Shown: positions 47,901-62,100 of the stretch, piece by piece
Layout: each line of letters begins with the position of its first letter
Numbering within the stretch: the stretch's first letter is position 1
Assembly: GCF_006345805.1 (NCBI RefSeq)
Contig: NC_043000.1
Location: 49,228,001-49,292,000, forward strand
Direction: 5' to 3'
From: Octopus sinensis
Lineage: Eukaryota
Length of the DNA stretch: 64,000 nucleotides
Translations under genes and position numbers: made by a program
Notes under the pieces: generated by a model
The model's input: the letters and a program-made list of their open reading frames with translations, nothing else
The model's database searches: none
Told to the model about the DNA's origin: nothing

Positions 47901-50900
47901 GTTTCACACTACATGTAATACACGACAGAAAAATCAGGTTTTACTAAGATATATAAATTTTCTCCTCAACATTTGCTTAACTTCCAAGATATTGTTAAAA
48001 TGGACTTACTAGTAAAATGTTTCTAGTTGCTGCTAGACGGTCTGACGATTAGAAATGTTTATTCTGCTACCGTTGTTGCAGTTTTGTTTATGACCAACTC
48101 AAACGCTACGTTTATGCCTTCCTTACTCCAAATAGCTAGCACAAAATATAATGGTTCAACACTGAACATAGTAGCAATGAATAAGATATCAGCATGTTCG
48201 AAAGTAAAAATAGAAGAATACTATTTATTGACAACTACTGCTTTATGTTTTCTCTGACGCAAATTAATGTATTTATTTGAGCTCTTGATGTGCCAACTGA
48301 AAATGTTTCAATACCTGCTGTCTCAGCACGACTACAGCCTATTGGCTGCAAAAAAAAGTGTAATGCGCTAAAACGTAAACTATTCTGTGAAAGCATGTGA
48401 AGAACAAAGAAGTTGCTAATGTCGTTTTATACCATATCTAAATACATTTACATTTCTTTCGAAAAATTTTGAAGGAGATACATTTTCGATCATTTATTTT
48501 ATGCTTCTAGAATTTTTCGTTTTTTCTTAACTACAGTATATTTCAAGAGCCATTCTAATAGACGCGGTCTTCAGAAATTCGCTCCTAGTACGTAATTAAA
48601 TAAAATAGAATTAATGAGATGCAATTTTAGCTTTTTTTCTGAAAGTGGCTTCGCGCCAAAACCTCTTCAAAACTTAAATATAAAATTGTCTAGAACTGCC
48701 AATTGAATTTTCCCCACCGAACACTAAACTGTAAGTAATTTGACTGATATATGAGGTTTATTATTATGGACAATAACTAGCCTCAGGTAATACTATTAAG
48801 TATACCTTCCACCAATAAAATTAACTTCCTGATTACCTTGTTATTTTCCCTTGTTATTGTATTTATTTTTTTAGAACGTTTTTTTTTTCTTTCTATTTCC
48901 TCTTAGTGTTAAGTGTTATATCTTCCAAGCAGATATTTTGAGCAATCTGCAATAATTTCCATCAAAATGTGTTGAAAATTATTCAATGAATAATTTAAGT
49001 AAACTTGTCACCAATTTCCATGGTGTGAATTCTAAGAATATAATTCCCATCTTCTTTCTACAACATCTATCAAAAGAACGGTATAGATTCGAAGTAACGT
49101 GTAATGTTCAAAGTAGATTTGAATTCAACAGTCACTCTAGACAATATAATGTATATGTAAATTGCATTGAAACTGACATGATGAAACTCTAAGATCTAAT
49201 TTAAATTATTTAATACTACTGAATCCCATTCGTTACTATTTGTCCCGTATTACTTGTATAATCACACAACTGTTCGACCGAATATCTATTAGATATTGTT
49301 TTATTCTTTCAGTACCAAACAGACGCATTAATTTTCGGCGAAACAGTGTGATATATTTTCCATCTGTTTCGTACGATCTTGAGATTTTAAACCACAGAGC
49401 AGCTTACTAAACTTTTGACAATTCTAACCTTATTCAAGCTGAAGCCGCCCTAAAATAGTGACGTCAAATTTCTTTTGTATACGTTTTGGCTGTTCGTGGT
49501 TACCCACAAGTTAGTACCAATGAGCATATCTGTGACAGAAGACTTCCAACCACGATTATTTCAAATAAATATATCTAGGACCACATTATGCAATAAATTC
49601 TCCCTTTGTAAGATAGTGGAGTAAGATCTAAGGGAAATTTGGCTGCTATTTTCATTGTGTAGAGCGACTACTTGTTCATTGCACTTTATTTCTGAAGGAA
49701 TCTCTAGTGTATATATCTAGCTTCCTTCTAGCGTATAAGCTTTATAAAATATGAATGTGACTTACATTTTCAAAAATATCTGCAAGATACTAGTTCAATT
49801 TTAAATAAAGCGAATGGTTTTAAGTGAAGAATTAATAACATCGATAATTTTCATAAAATGACAAAAATTGGTGAAGCATTCTGGCCTATAATGTTTGACG
49901 ACTAAGATTGACGGGATAGTCAAAAGTTATGATATTTGGAATCATTACCTCTCAAGTTAATTACAAACCGTCTTAAGGAAAGCAAAATCATTGCAGACAA
50001 GTGTATTCTCTCCAACTTGAATATGATTTCCCCTATCACATATGTTTTAATAACAATTGGAATACCTGTATGTTCTCATATCTAAGCAGACATCATGAAT
50101 ATTAATCATGTGAATATTAATACCCTCACAGCTGAATTTGTGGAGAGCTTTAGAAATTCCACTAATAACGTCTATCAAAAACAGGTTATATTTCATTATC
50201 CTCTCTGTCAGAAAGTTTACAGTTTAAATATTATAGGTCTTTTTCTAAAATATCTATTACCACTTCAATCCAAACTCTAATGATATATCTTAATTTGATT
50301 ACCATCGAGCAATTACATTTCTTTGCTTCAAATTAAAATAAAAACGAACTCCACTAAAACTGATACTTACAGCTGTAAATGTAATTACAGAAGCGACACG
50401 AAATACTCATTTGACATATACTATTGAAGTTTCTTTTAACTAATGAAATTAAGTAGATACTCAAATGGGAATATGTAATATTGTAAAGAATACCAATTGC
50501 TTAATATGACAGTATAAAATAATTAGCTTTGAGGAACATTATTGGGCTTCCTGTTAGTAGAAAAATAAAGAAAATCTAGATATGATACATCTACTGGCTT
50601 CAGGTTCAGGTTATAAATAACAATGTTCTTTGTTATAATGATGTATATTTGTATTCCATTAGTTGTTTAAACTTTGCTGCACTTCATGATTTAGTTTTGT
50701 TCTTGTTGCATGCAAATTTGTCTCAAATAACACCACCGTCTAATTATTATAATGTCGAGAAAGGGGGATATAAGGAAGAGAGGAGACAGAAACATTTATA
50801 TTACACAATAATAATTTCATATGAGGTTGAGAGTATGTTGCATAGATTGAGAAAATAGCATTCAGAATCCACGATGAAAAAAATTGCTTGCTTATATTTC

Positions 50901-52697
50901 TCTGTGGGTATTATTTTCTAAATTGGATGAGTCTTGAACTAGTTTGTAAGAATATATTAAAAGAGATAAGTCAAATAGGGAACCAATGACATAATACGCT
51001 ATAAATAAAAGCAAGAGTTTTTTTACGATATACGCACTTTTATTGGCAGTCAATATGGAATGACTTCTATAATAAAATTTAAAATCTTAACGACAATAAG
51101 AAAACATTAGTTTTGAAAGTTTTGATCTATATAAAATATTAAGAAGGGTTTAATATAAGTTTTATTTTTAGAAACTAAATATTGACTGCTTTGTACTTGG
51201 GTGTATTTATTATTGGCATAATGACCTCGCAACACACAATAAGATTTGTTTCAACAAACGAATTCACGTCAAGAATCTTGTAAGCCAAATGCAAAAACCA
51301 AGTAACATATTGACTTATATCATTTCAAAGTAGGATTTCAACTTTGAACGTAAATAAGCAAATCTAAATTTCGCAGTGCATTTTTCTGACGCTCTGTCTG
51401 ATTCTGACAATCTACTGGTTTTCATTTCAATGAAATTCTCCATTAGAGATATATTGTCGAAATTTCTTCTGCGTAATGGAATGAAACAGATACTCAAATG
51501 AGAATATATAATACTTTACAGAATACTATTTGTTAAATTAATTTAGTGAGAAAGATAATATCTTAGTTTTCTTTATGATATTTATTTTTGAAACAACTAT
51601 TCAGTCATGTGCTGAAGTGATCAGTATATTGTATATATAATACTGAAGAGTGGTGTACAATGGTTTGAGAGCTTGATAGTCATCATTTTAAAAAGTCTTG
51701 TGAGATAAAAGAAAACATATGTTGGATTAAGGAGGATTTGTCTTTGAATGAATTAATAACATTTAACCAATATTCTTAAAAATCCATTAACTTTATATCT
51801 ACTTTTGATATTCCATTCAATCTATGATACTGACTCTCTGCTAGAAGCTTCTCAGAAGCTACTGTTCTTACTTTAAAAGTATTACCACTTTAAAATAAAA
51901 GTATATGTGTTTCATATTCTCAAATTCGTTGTCTTTCTTGTTAATTCTATCTGTAAACTTTGTTGTTTTTACTAAATCTATGTGACCATTGTTTTTTTAT
52001 GACTTCACTCGTAAATGCCACACACCTATTGCTAAATTTACCATTTTACAACTGAGTCAGGGAGAAGTGTGTATTGGCTTATTAAGATATACATTTCTTT
52101 TTGAAAATCCTGGTTTTATAAATGTTTCCCCAGTGCTAGTAAGTTGTATTTCTTTAACATTGATCATAGATTTCTCGAAAGTTGATAGTCTTTTCGAAAA
52201 ATTACTCTGCTAAATTCTATTGTTAATTTTCTTCTCTTTTTTATGCCCCATCCACAATCTTCCTGCTTCAATCTCAGCTTACCTAGTCTTCGATATTTCT
52301 CTATCTCTTCGTCTCTCCTTCTCTCATTCTCTCTTTCTCGTATTTTCTATGCAAATATTGCTTCCTCTAATTACTACTCGAATAACCTCAATGTGTTATC
52401 TTTCATACTCATAGTTATAAAGAGAAAGAATCAATCTCTGTTAATTCTCCTCCTGTCATCCCCAAGATCAGGAGCCATCTGTTCAATCATGATTTGAACC
52501 ACAACCCCCTTACTAAACGAAAATTACATTATTTTCTTTATAATATCAATTCTCTTGTAGTTTGCTTCAAAATTCAGGCAGAAACACAAACACAACGCAC
52601 ATCGCCCAAATTCTTTCTTTGCTCAACTTGTCTCACCATATATCTACATATTCACAATCACCTATCAAACTTACTGCTTTTTTTAAAAAAGATGAGC

Positions 52698-52773
52698 AGC
52701 CCTGAACACATTATTGTAGCCCTGAACACATTATTGCTGAAAAGAGTCTGAACACATTATTGCTGAAAAGAGT
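52698..52773. repeat. Two overlapping short tandem duplications (periods 20 and 26 bp)
   Basis: agccctgaacacattattg at 52698 and 52718; ctgaacacattattgctgaaaagagt at 52722 and 52748. Confidence 0.9.
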
Positions 52774-53249
52774 ACGAAATAAACATAATATGGATAAATT
52801 TGATTATAGGTCAATTTGATCTCACTTGAAGTTAAATAACAATGCAACATCTCAGTCAGCCTTGGCATTCTTTTCTCCATTACACTATTCATCTATCACT
52901 CACGCATTCAATCTTTTGAGCTTTTAAACACTTTATGTAAAGAGTTATAATCATGCAAATCATGCTATTGAGTATGACTCTCTTCCCAGTGAACACCGGC
53001 ACAGCTTTTGAAAAGACGGTTTTTCATCTTTGTTCTGTTTACATATCTGGGACGATGTTTTTTATCCAAACAAATATCCAAACCAGAGCTACAAAATGTT
53101 CATCCGCTTGATTAAGGAAAAATTATTCGCCAACACAACATTATTACTGGCTAACAATATTCTATCCCCGCTCTCTCACTCTCCCTGCATATATAAATGT
53201 GTGTGTCCGTGTGTGTTTGTGTATGAGTGTGCGTGTGTATGTGTGCGTG

Positions 53250-53287
<38 letters not shown>

Positions 53288-53381
53288 CATACATATCTTA
53301 CATCTATTTTCTTTCCTCCACCTTACTCTCTATTTTGTATCACATCGAAACTAACTATGACTTAATTTTTCCTCTCACACC

Positions 53382-53433
53382 GTCTCCGATGAAGGGATAT
53401 TATTAATTAATATCCTGGAAACAGCTGTAAGAC
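53382..53433 (+). ncRNA. Minimal type I hammerhead ribozyme-like motif (Penelope-like element style) with a variant CCGAUGA core
   Basis: GUCU-CCGAUGA-A-G-GGAUAUUA(UUAAU)UAAUAUCC-UG-GAAAC-AGCU-GUA-AGAC. Helix I is GUCU/AGAC, helix II is 8 bp, and helix III is a C-G pair closing the palindromic loop AGCU before a GUA cleavage triplet. Confidence 0.5.
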
Positions 53434-53504
53434 CTATCTATAAATGCTCTAATATCTATACAGCCTTAGTTTTTTATCTTATTACGCAAATATTCTTATA
53501 TATT

Positions 53505-53535
<31 letters not shown>

Positions 53536-54196
53536 ATGTATGTATGTAAATATACATGCGTATGTATGCGTATATATATATATATATATATATATACGTA
53601 TCTTTCCAACCGCTACTACGGGAGGCTTTTCTGGGCCATCGCACTGCGTTCTCTTCCACTCCGTAAACTCATGTATCGATTCTCGTCTTTTCTGTCAAAT
53701 CTTACACTTTCTAACTCCAAATAACTCATAAAAAAGATACTTTCTTGATATCTTCGCCTCCAGAAAACATCCCACTGGCATGTCTATTATCAAGTTGTTT
53801 TTTCCCCCCAGAAACATCGCCCTATAAATGTTCTAGTTACATAGAAAAATCTTCTCACAAGTCTGTTAGTATTAGTAATGCTCATAAACGTCACTAACCT
53901 TCTCCCTAAGAATAGACGTAAGAACTTATAATAAGAGAACTTTCCATTATCATTTTAAAACATTTCTATTTTCATACTTATTGTCTTATTTATATAACTT
54001 GTATATTATTGAAATATTTTTCATCGTGATCTCATAGCCACACGCAGTTGTGAAAGCTTCAATATCTTTACAAAAAATATCTTTACAAAAAAAACTAATA
54101 TCTTAAAGCTTTGAATTATGATGATAACAGTTTTTTAATATAAATTTATAGATAAAAAGGTAAATAACATGCAACCATTTTAACAAAATCATCATA

Positions 54197-54578
54197 CGCA
54201 GGTGTGGTTGTGTCGTAAGAAGCTTGCTTCCCAACCACATGGTTCCGGGTTCAGTCCCACTGCATGGCACCTTGGGCAAGTGTCTTCTACTTAAAGCCTC
54301 GGGCCAACAAAATCCTTGTGAGTGGATTTGGTAGACGGAAACTGAAAGAAGCCTGTCGTAGGTGTGTGTGTGTGCATGCGTGCGCGTGTGTGTGTTTATC
54401 CCCCAGCACTGTTTGACATCCAGTATTGGTTTGTTTACGTTCCCGCAACTTAGCGATTCGGCAGAAAGGAGATAGACAGAATAAGTACTGCGATCACTTC
54501 ATTTGGCTAAAAGTTCTTCAATGTGATACCTCATCATGGCCGCAGTCTAATGACTGAAACAGATAAAAGATAAAAGAT
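54197..54578 (+). mobile_element. SINE family A, near full length
   Basis: cgcaggtgtggttgtgtcgtaagaagcttgcttcccaaccacatggttccggg...ggccgcagtctaatgactgaaacagataaaagataaaag. Confidence 0.9.
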
Positions 54579-55729
54579 ATACGCTTCCTTAAATCTTTCT
54601 CTGTTGCTGATATTTTTTCATTAAATATATTAAATGAAATATTTATTTTGACCATATCAATGTTTGTAAATTTATTTCTTTTAATTCATTTGGAACCTTG
54701 AATGAATGGGTTAATTGATCATTTCATATACCACATTCTTGTAATTTCCTTTATAAATCCTACAGTTTTAGTTTTTTAATTTATAGATCTATCTACAATC
54801 TTTTTTTTTTTTTTGGCTTAAGTATTCCCACTATTCTGTCATCTATTACCCTACCTTTATATTTACACATTTGCTTGTAGTGTACTTAAAGCACATTTTT
54901 GTCGATACATATAGTTCTCTTCTCTACAATAAACATATAAACGTAATGAGATTATGCTGTTCTTTTCATATCTGGGTTAGTTTAAGTGTGTGCATGAGTA
55001 TGTGAATTTGTGTGCTGTTTTCTCTTCTTGCATATGTAGGCGTCTGTGTATATATTTGTATGTAGGTGTGTATAAACGAAGCTTTTCGATCACAATTAAT
55101 CATTTCTAATCTCTCGACAGGAAAATAGCTTCTTTTTATTCTATAGAAAATCTACTTGTTCTTAAATATATTCTATGATACTATCCAATGGCTTCTTTCA
55201 TATAATCTCTTCTGGGAAAAACATTGTTTATAATTCAGTACTGAAAACTACATTAAATTCCCAGATGTTAGAATCTGTGTTGCAACAAATACCGAGAAAT
55301 ACCTTCATCATTGGTAAATTCTCTTTTGTTCGGCTATAATTCAAACTGCGTATTATTATCTTAATTTCCACCAATACATGCGCGCGAAAATTTAACTCGT
55401 TCAGATCAATGTATTGTGAATCCCCAAATGGTCCTAATTAGAAGTAGAACTTCTACAAGTAGCACAGATTCAACGAAAGTTAGATTTTCTCTACGCTTCA
55501 GCTTCACCTTTCAAAGCCTGGCACTAAACAACTAGCCTGTTATATTAGAAAATCTATTGCCTTCCGCGCTTGTTATCATTGAAAAACTTACCAAGTAAAA
55601 AGAGACTTATTTTCTTTATAGAAATACTTCTTCGGTAAGTGAAGTTGATTTATCATCCTCTATATATTCTTATGTACGTCACCTACCTTTGTATACAGGC
55701 TAGCATGTTAGAGGATTTTTACTTACATT

Positions 55730-56183
55730 ATATAAACTTCGATTTATTGAAGAGTTTTGCAGGTGTGTGCATTTAAAATTGGCAGAAAACGCTGCGAAAT
55801 ATTCAACATTTATATAATATATTAATAGCTTTCAGAAATGAACAGTACGATACTTATTTTATAAATAAATGGCCTGGCACAATTCCTAGTAAGACGTCCT
55901 TGACAAGAACTAACCACATCGCCTATGACCGTATGCAAACAGACATTATGTAACAAACAACAGGTTATATTGATGCCTGATCAAATGCATACAGATTTAG
56001 ATGAATGCACAAACGAACATTACTATGTGCATGTAGAGACATTTATAAAATAAGTATCGTAGCAAGGTACTGTTCATTTCTGAAAGTTATAAATATTATA
56101 TAAATGTTGAATACTTCGCAGCGTTTTGTGCCGTTTTTAAATGCACACACCTGCAAAACTCTTCAGTAAATCAAGGTTTATAT
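55730..56183. mobile_element. Foldback/MITE-like element: ~137-bp inverted arms around a 174-bp spacer
   Basis: 55730-55866 pairs with the reverse complement of 56041-56183 (gaagagttttgcaggtgtgtgcatttaaaa / ttttaaatgcacacacctgcaaaactcttc). There are scattered mismatches and one ~8-bp indel. Confidence 0.8.
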
Positions 56184-59100
56184 GATTTATGAGTGTGTGC
56201 AAGCAGTATGAATTAGCTTGAGAGAGTAAAGTTTTCAACAAAACATCGTTCACGCTCACAAATGATTTGCTTTTTTTATCGGTTTGTTAATAATTGTAAA
56301 ACACTAAAATTTTAATTTAAGGCGAGAATAACAGATTCCCTTGTTTTGGCTTCCTTTCGTTTCATATCACTTGACAATATGTTGATGTAAAAACGTATTT
56401 GAAAATAACTGCAATTCCAACGTTAAGGTTATACACACACGTATTAAGAATTGTGAAGCTTTTTAATTCAAACATCGATTATATCACACACTGAAATAAA
56501 AGGTTTTTATACTACGTTTTAACATCACGTTCCTTTATACAACTATGTTCCTTTTATTCTCGAAATAGAATTATTCAAATAAAGCAAGCAATCTCCCCAG
56601 ACAATGGGGTGTATTTTCAAATTGAATATTTCGTCATTAGCATTCAACTAAATGGCCATGTTTAAAAGAATGCGTTACTCTTTGTATCATTAATTTTTCA
56701 ACGTGGACTATTTCCTATGCCTACGTTTTCTCAAAATATTTCTAAAGATCATTTTGTTTTCACGAAATATTCGTTTATAAAATCCGATAGCTTCAGTTCA
56801 TAATACGTTTTGAAAAAAACAACGAAAAGAACCTAAAATATTGTGACAGTTTTCGACAGCTATAGAGAAAAATCTAATAATAGAATCTGGATAACTAAAA
56901 GAGAAACTATTGAAAATGTTAATTATAGTAAATTAGGTATATATAATTTTCAAAACTGTTGACCTTGAATATACCAAACAACCAAAATTGAAACGAAACG
57001 TTCACAGTTTTCTTCTACCGAAAACGTGGACATGATTGATAGCGGAAGTGTAAAATTAAAAGAGAAAAAGAAACAGGACGTTCTGAAACGCTCCTAAGGT
57101 AGCTTAAAGCGTAACATTCAGACTCTGACAAAACACACGATAGATAAAATTGTGGATAAATCTCGTGAGCGCTTTTCTATAAAATAAAAATAGCTTCTAA
57201 TTAATTCCAAAATGTAATCTAGCAGAAAACATACATTTATACATGTGATGTAAATGTTGTAAGGTTTTGCTAGAGGCAATTTTCAATATCATTTATACAT
57301 ATATATGTGTGGTGTGTGTGTGTGTATACATGGGTTCTACTTATTTTGGTATCTATAGAAATGATTGCATTGACATGGGATTATGTGATTAAGACGTGTT
57401 CCGTCTTGTGGTTTGTGAGATTGGGGTTTTTTGTAATCATTTTCTTGTAGCTTATTACATGCGTTTCTAAATATGAATGTCTATGCTGAGAAAGGGTATG
57501 TGCATCTGTTTCAGTGCCTATGTCCAAATATTGATTCAATGCAAGAATAACGTATCAGACGCATTCTGTACCAAACATTTCCTCTTACAATATATTTCAT
57601 GGTACAGATATCTTGGTCTCTTTTCTTTGGCAAAAGCCAAACATTTGATTTATCTCATTTTTGTAAATCAGATATGTAGTGGTGTCTTCTACATTAGACT
57701 GTATTTTTGTCATTAGAAGGTAAGTTTAGGATTTATGTCAGATGTTTCTGTGTCGTCATAGACTCAGAATTTATCAACCAATAACATAGATCACGTAAAT
57801 ATATTGTAATATATACATCTATGTACACTGATTTCTGCTCAGTTCCCTTTTACCCGTTTGCAAAAATGAGCATGATTGTGTACATAACGCATATTCATTT
57901 AGCAGAAACATAGATATAATGAAATGTAGCTTAATGTCTATATCAAATTATTTTACTTCTTCGTTTCCTCTCTCTTGTTTAGTAATATCAATTCGACCCT
58001 ATCTTTCTCTTTCCAAAGATTCTCAAATAAATAGCAGTTTTATTCTGGAGTCAGTTCAACTAACTCACCCTACTTTTTTTCAGTTCATTTTCAGGAACAT
58101 ACAACTAAGTTGAAAAATCAATATGTTGTGTTCATTTTTCCTACTTCTTTCTCACAATTGTTTTAAATTTTTTACGATACCTCCATATGCTTTCATACAA
58201 AACTAGCATCTTTAGAACGTAACCAGTTTTGTATCATTTATATTTTCAGGCGAAAACTCGAAATCGATTTCCATTGAAATAGTACATAAAATATAACAAG
58301 GAAGGCAGAAAACAAAAAGCAAGAGGGAGAATAACCAAATCTGGTATATTATTGAATAATTATTTATAAAACTATTACACAACGTAAACAAGAAGAAACA
58401 AAATCCGTATACACTTTTTAATTTATTATAAACGGCTCTATTTATTATATAATATCCCAACTGTCTACGGAAGTAATCAAGGTGTTCATCAGTAATGTGT
58501 GATTTACCCGCTTTCCACGGAGCTCCTCAGGTAAGTCATCTTTAGAACATTAAGAAAACATATCTATGTCTTTCAAAAAAATTATTAATTTCTTAAATAT
58601 TAAAACACTTTTTTTTTGTAAAACTGAATATCAAATTTTAAACTTAAATTTTTCAAATAAATATTGTTTTTGTGAAAATATTATTTATCATCAAACTAAA
58701 AGTAAAATTTTTGGAAACGGAAAAACCAAAAATATATTCTTTTGTAAAATCAAAAAAAGAGCAATTTATGTGAAAAACAAACTTTTGTAAAGAAAACACT
58801 ATTCTTTATAAATACTCACAGTTTCTGTTAGATGGGGTGACTAGATTCAATTGTATGACATTCAATGATTAAAGGGATTCACAATTGGATGAGCATATTT
58901 CTTGAACTTTTGATTTCTAGTTAAGATAAGTAGCGTCACATCTTTCTGATATACACACCATTGTTAACATTGAAGTCGTAATAAACGAACAACCTATGAA
59001 AAATACAACAACGCCCTACATAAAGCAAACAGCTGTCCTTCTGGAAGCAACACAACACCAATGAAATAGTAGAACTTCCATAGCCTCATCTTCTATAACA

Positions 59101-59209
59101 TTGCATTCTTACATGCAGAGCGGCAACATGCATGCGTTCGAGCCTTTCGCATTAGTTGATAATACGTCATACTCGGTTGAGTGCCTAACAAAATATTTTG
59201 CAGTATTTA

Positions 59210-59273
59210 ATTATGCACATTCACATCACACACGCACATACACACACACATTTATATGTGTGTGCGTATATAG

Positions 59274-59322
<49 letters not shown>

Positions 59323-59570
59323 CATATTATATATACATACTGTATATAATATGTAAATATTGTATGCTATATATTTATATTATGCATATATTGTATATTA
59401 TATATATATTATGTGTATATTGAATATTATATATGATATATATATATAGAATGTATATATTGTATATTATATATGATATATATAGAATGCATATTCTGTA
59501 TATTATATTTATCATATACTGTATATGCATAAATATATATGCATATATATATTATATACATATATACATG

Positions 59571-59646
<76 letters not shown>

Positions 59647-59660
59647 ATGTGTCTGTCTCT
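59210..59660. repeat. (TA)n/(CA)n and degenerate TA-rich tract
   Basis: Direct inspection. Confidence 0.9.
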
Positions 59661-61876
59661 GTCTCTTTGTGTCTGCGTGTGTATTTAGGAGAAATTATAT
59701 TGTCTTCATCGATATGAATAGTTATGTTTATGTTCTGTGTTGAAATATTAATATTACTTCCCATTCGGCCTGTGCTGTGTGCTTTTCAGCTCTAGGAATG
59801 TCAGTTCGTGTTTCTGTGCACATATTTGTATGTGTGTAAGTATGTTATACATGTGTGTGCATTAATGTAACAAAATTGGTCGTAGATATTACAAAGATTC
59901 TGAATTGTATGTTATTTTTCTTTATTTCCTATATAGAGAGAATAAAAATTCTCTAGATTTTGTTGGTACGATAATTCAATGATAATTACTTACGATGGAG
60001 TCTGAGTGTTTATAAAATCAAAATTCTGGTGTAGCATACAGGACCAGAATCAGATATAGAATACCTGAAATACAATGTGCTTGAAATAGAAATGCAAAAT
60101 TCAAGTCTAGAGTATAACCAACATTAATTTTCAATAATAATCGAAAGAAACTTTACACAGATGTATTCTGAGTATATGTTAAGAAATATATAACACCTCA
60201 AATAGTACAGTGAAAAACACAGCCACTTGAGACAAACAATATATCTTTCTGAATTCTTTAAGCATTTTTACGACTCGCTATTCGAAATAGCAGTCAATTT
60301 TCCTAGAAATACAATGTACAACACTTAAAGTGGACACATTGTATGTTTTTCTTTGACTACTTAATTTGTACCAGTAACTAAGTTGAAGCCATCTCTGACA
60401 CCACCTTCGTTTGGAATGCTTCATCCAGTTCTTAAACATACTAAGTGTAAAAATATATTTCAGAAAGACATGGGTTGAACATGTTACATTTGCTTGATCA
60501 TAATTACACAAACTAAGAATATATTGTTCTAGAAGGGGAAGGAAGTAGGCATCCTAACTAAATATATTGCAATGAAACAAACACAAGATTCAACTGAAAC
60601 TAGACACTGTATATCTTTTCAGCTTTATGCTGGTAACGCTCCTATGTATTAAATTCCGGTTCTAATGAACTTTTAGATCTGGAGTGAGTGTTGTAAGAAA
60701 AAGGTAATATTCAATAATATGAGCTCACAACTTCAGATTAGATTTCTAAATAAGCCCATTTCATTCGTTTTTAATAAATGAATAAAAAATAATATGGGCT
60801 CCAGAGATTCTTCATTGGTTTACCTATAGCGTCTAAAACAAAATGTTTTAGATCTATGTGAATCAATATTAAACTTTTGTGAATTTAGTAAACACGGGAA
60901 ATTCTTAGTTTAGTATTGTGATTAAAATAATTCAAAGACAGCAAGCCAATTCGAAATTAGATAAAATCTATGCAATTAAAAACTGAAATTGATTTAGAGT
61001 AATTTATTTCATGAATTAAATATAAGTTCAAGGAGTCGATAATTGTGTTTTAGTTAGTCAGTGAACATATATTTCTTTTTCTCTGTAATTACTGCCTGAA
61101 ACATTTGACCTGTAGTCTTTATATAGACTTGTCGCAAAGTACGACATAATTTACTGCGTTTAAACAATGTAAAAAGAACCGACTACATTTCGGCATTAGT
61201 GTACGAAGGAAAAACAAGATTTTGAAACCAAGTAGCTTTCAAAATTGATGCTTTCGTACGTCGGAAGGCGTAAACTTCTAAAGAGATATCTTGAAACAAT
61301 GACAACGATCAATAGCTTTCTCTATACAAAAGAATACTCCCAAAGATAGCTGAATTAATCATTTCCAAAGTTCCCAATGAAGATAATAGAAACTATTGAG
61401 CTACAGGCGTATAGATAACCTGATAATGAAGAAATGAAACAGAAGGAAGATTAAGCAGGGTGTTTTAATTCAAGGAATAGTTGGGAAAATAATAATTCAA
61501 GGCAGTTTGATTTACACACACCTTAATAAGATCACTGTTTCAAATGTTTGCACCACCAAGAGTTAGGATCTAATGCTGTAGTAGTTACATCCTCTCACTA
61601 AATTTCCTTTGCAATCTAGTTTCTTTTCCATATCACAATACCATACGAACGTCGTTACTGTCCTGCTAGACTTCATTTTATTTTTCTGATCTTAGTATAT
61701 TGCACATAGCACAAATTAACACTACGAAAGTTACAGTGGTATTCCACAATTTTATGCTGAAGGTTATCAGTTCGAAGAAGACCATATCTCTCCAATATCT
61801 TCCTAGTATATGTGTTGTAGCGTTCGTGAACATAAATTTATACTCATCATTTAATTTCTTATTATTATTCTTATTA

Positions 61877-62100
61877 CGGTGGCGAGCTGTCTGAATAGTT
61901 AGCACGCAGGACAAAATATTTAGCGGCATTTCGTCTGTCTTTATGTTCTGAGATCGAATGCCGCCAAGGTTGACTTTGTCTTTCATCCTTTCGTTGTCAA
62001 TGAAATAAGTACCCGTTGAGCAGTGGAGTCGATGTAATCGAGCACGCCTCTTCCCCCAAATTTAACCCCCCTGTAGCTATAGTAGAAAAAATTATTATTA
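61877..62100 (+). mobile_element. SINE family B, diverged, flanked by (ATT)n
   Basis: cggtggcgagctgtctgaatagttagcacgc...atagtagaaaaaattattatta. Confidence 0.8.

Noticed and set aside
57030-57060. ETS-type CGGAAGTG motif as a promoter
   Set aside because: It is a single short motif with no CpG island or linked gene, and is expected by chance.
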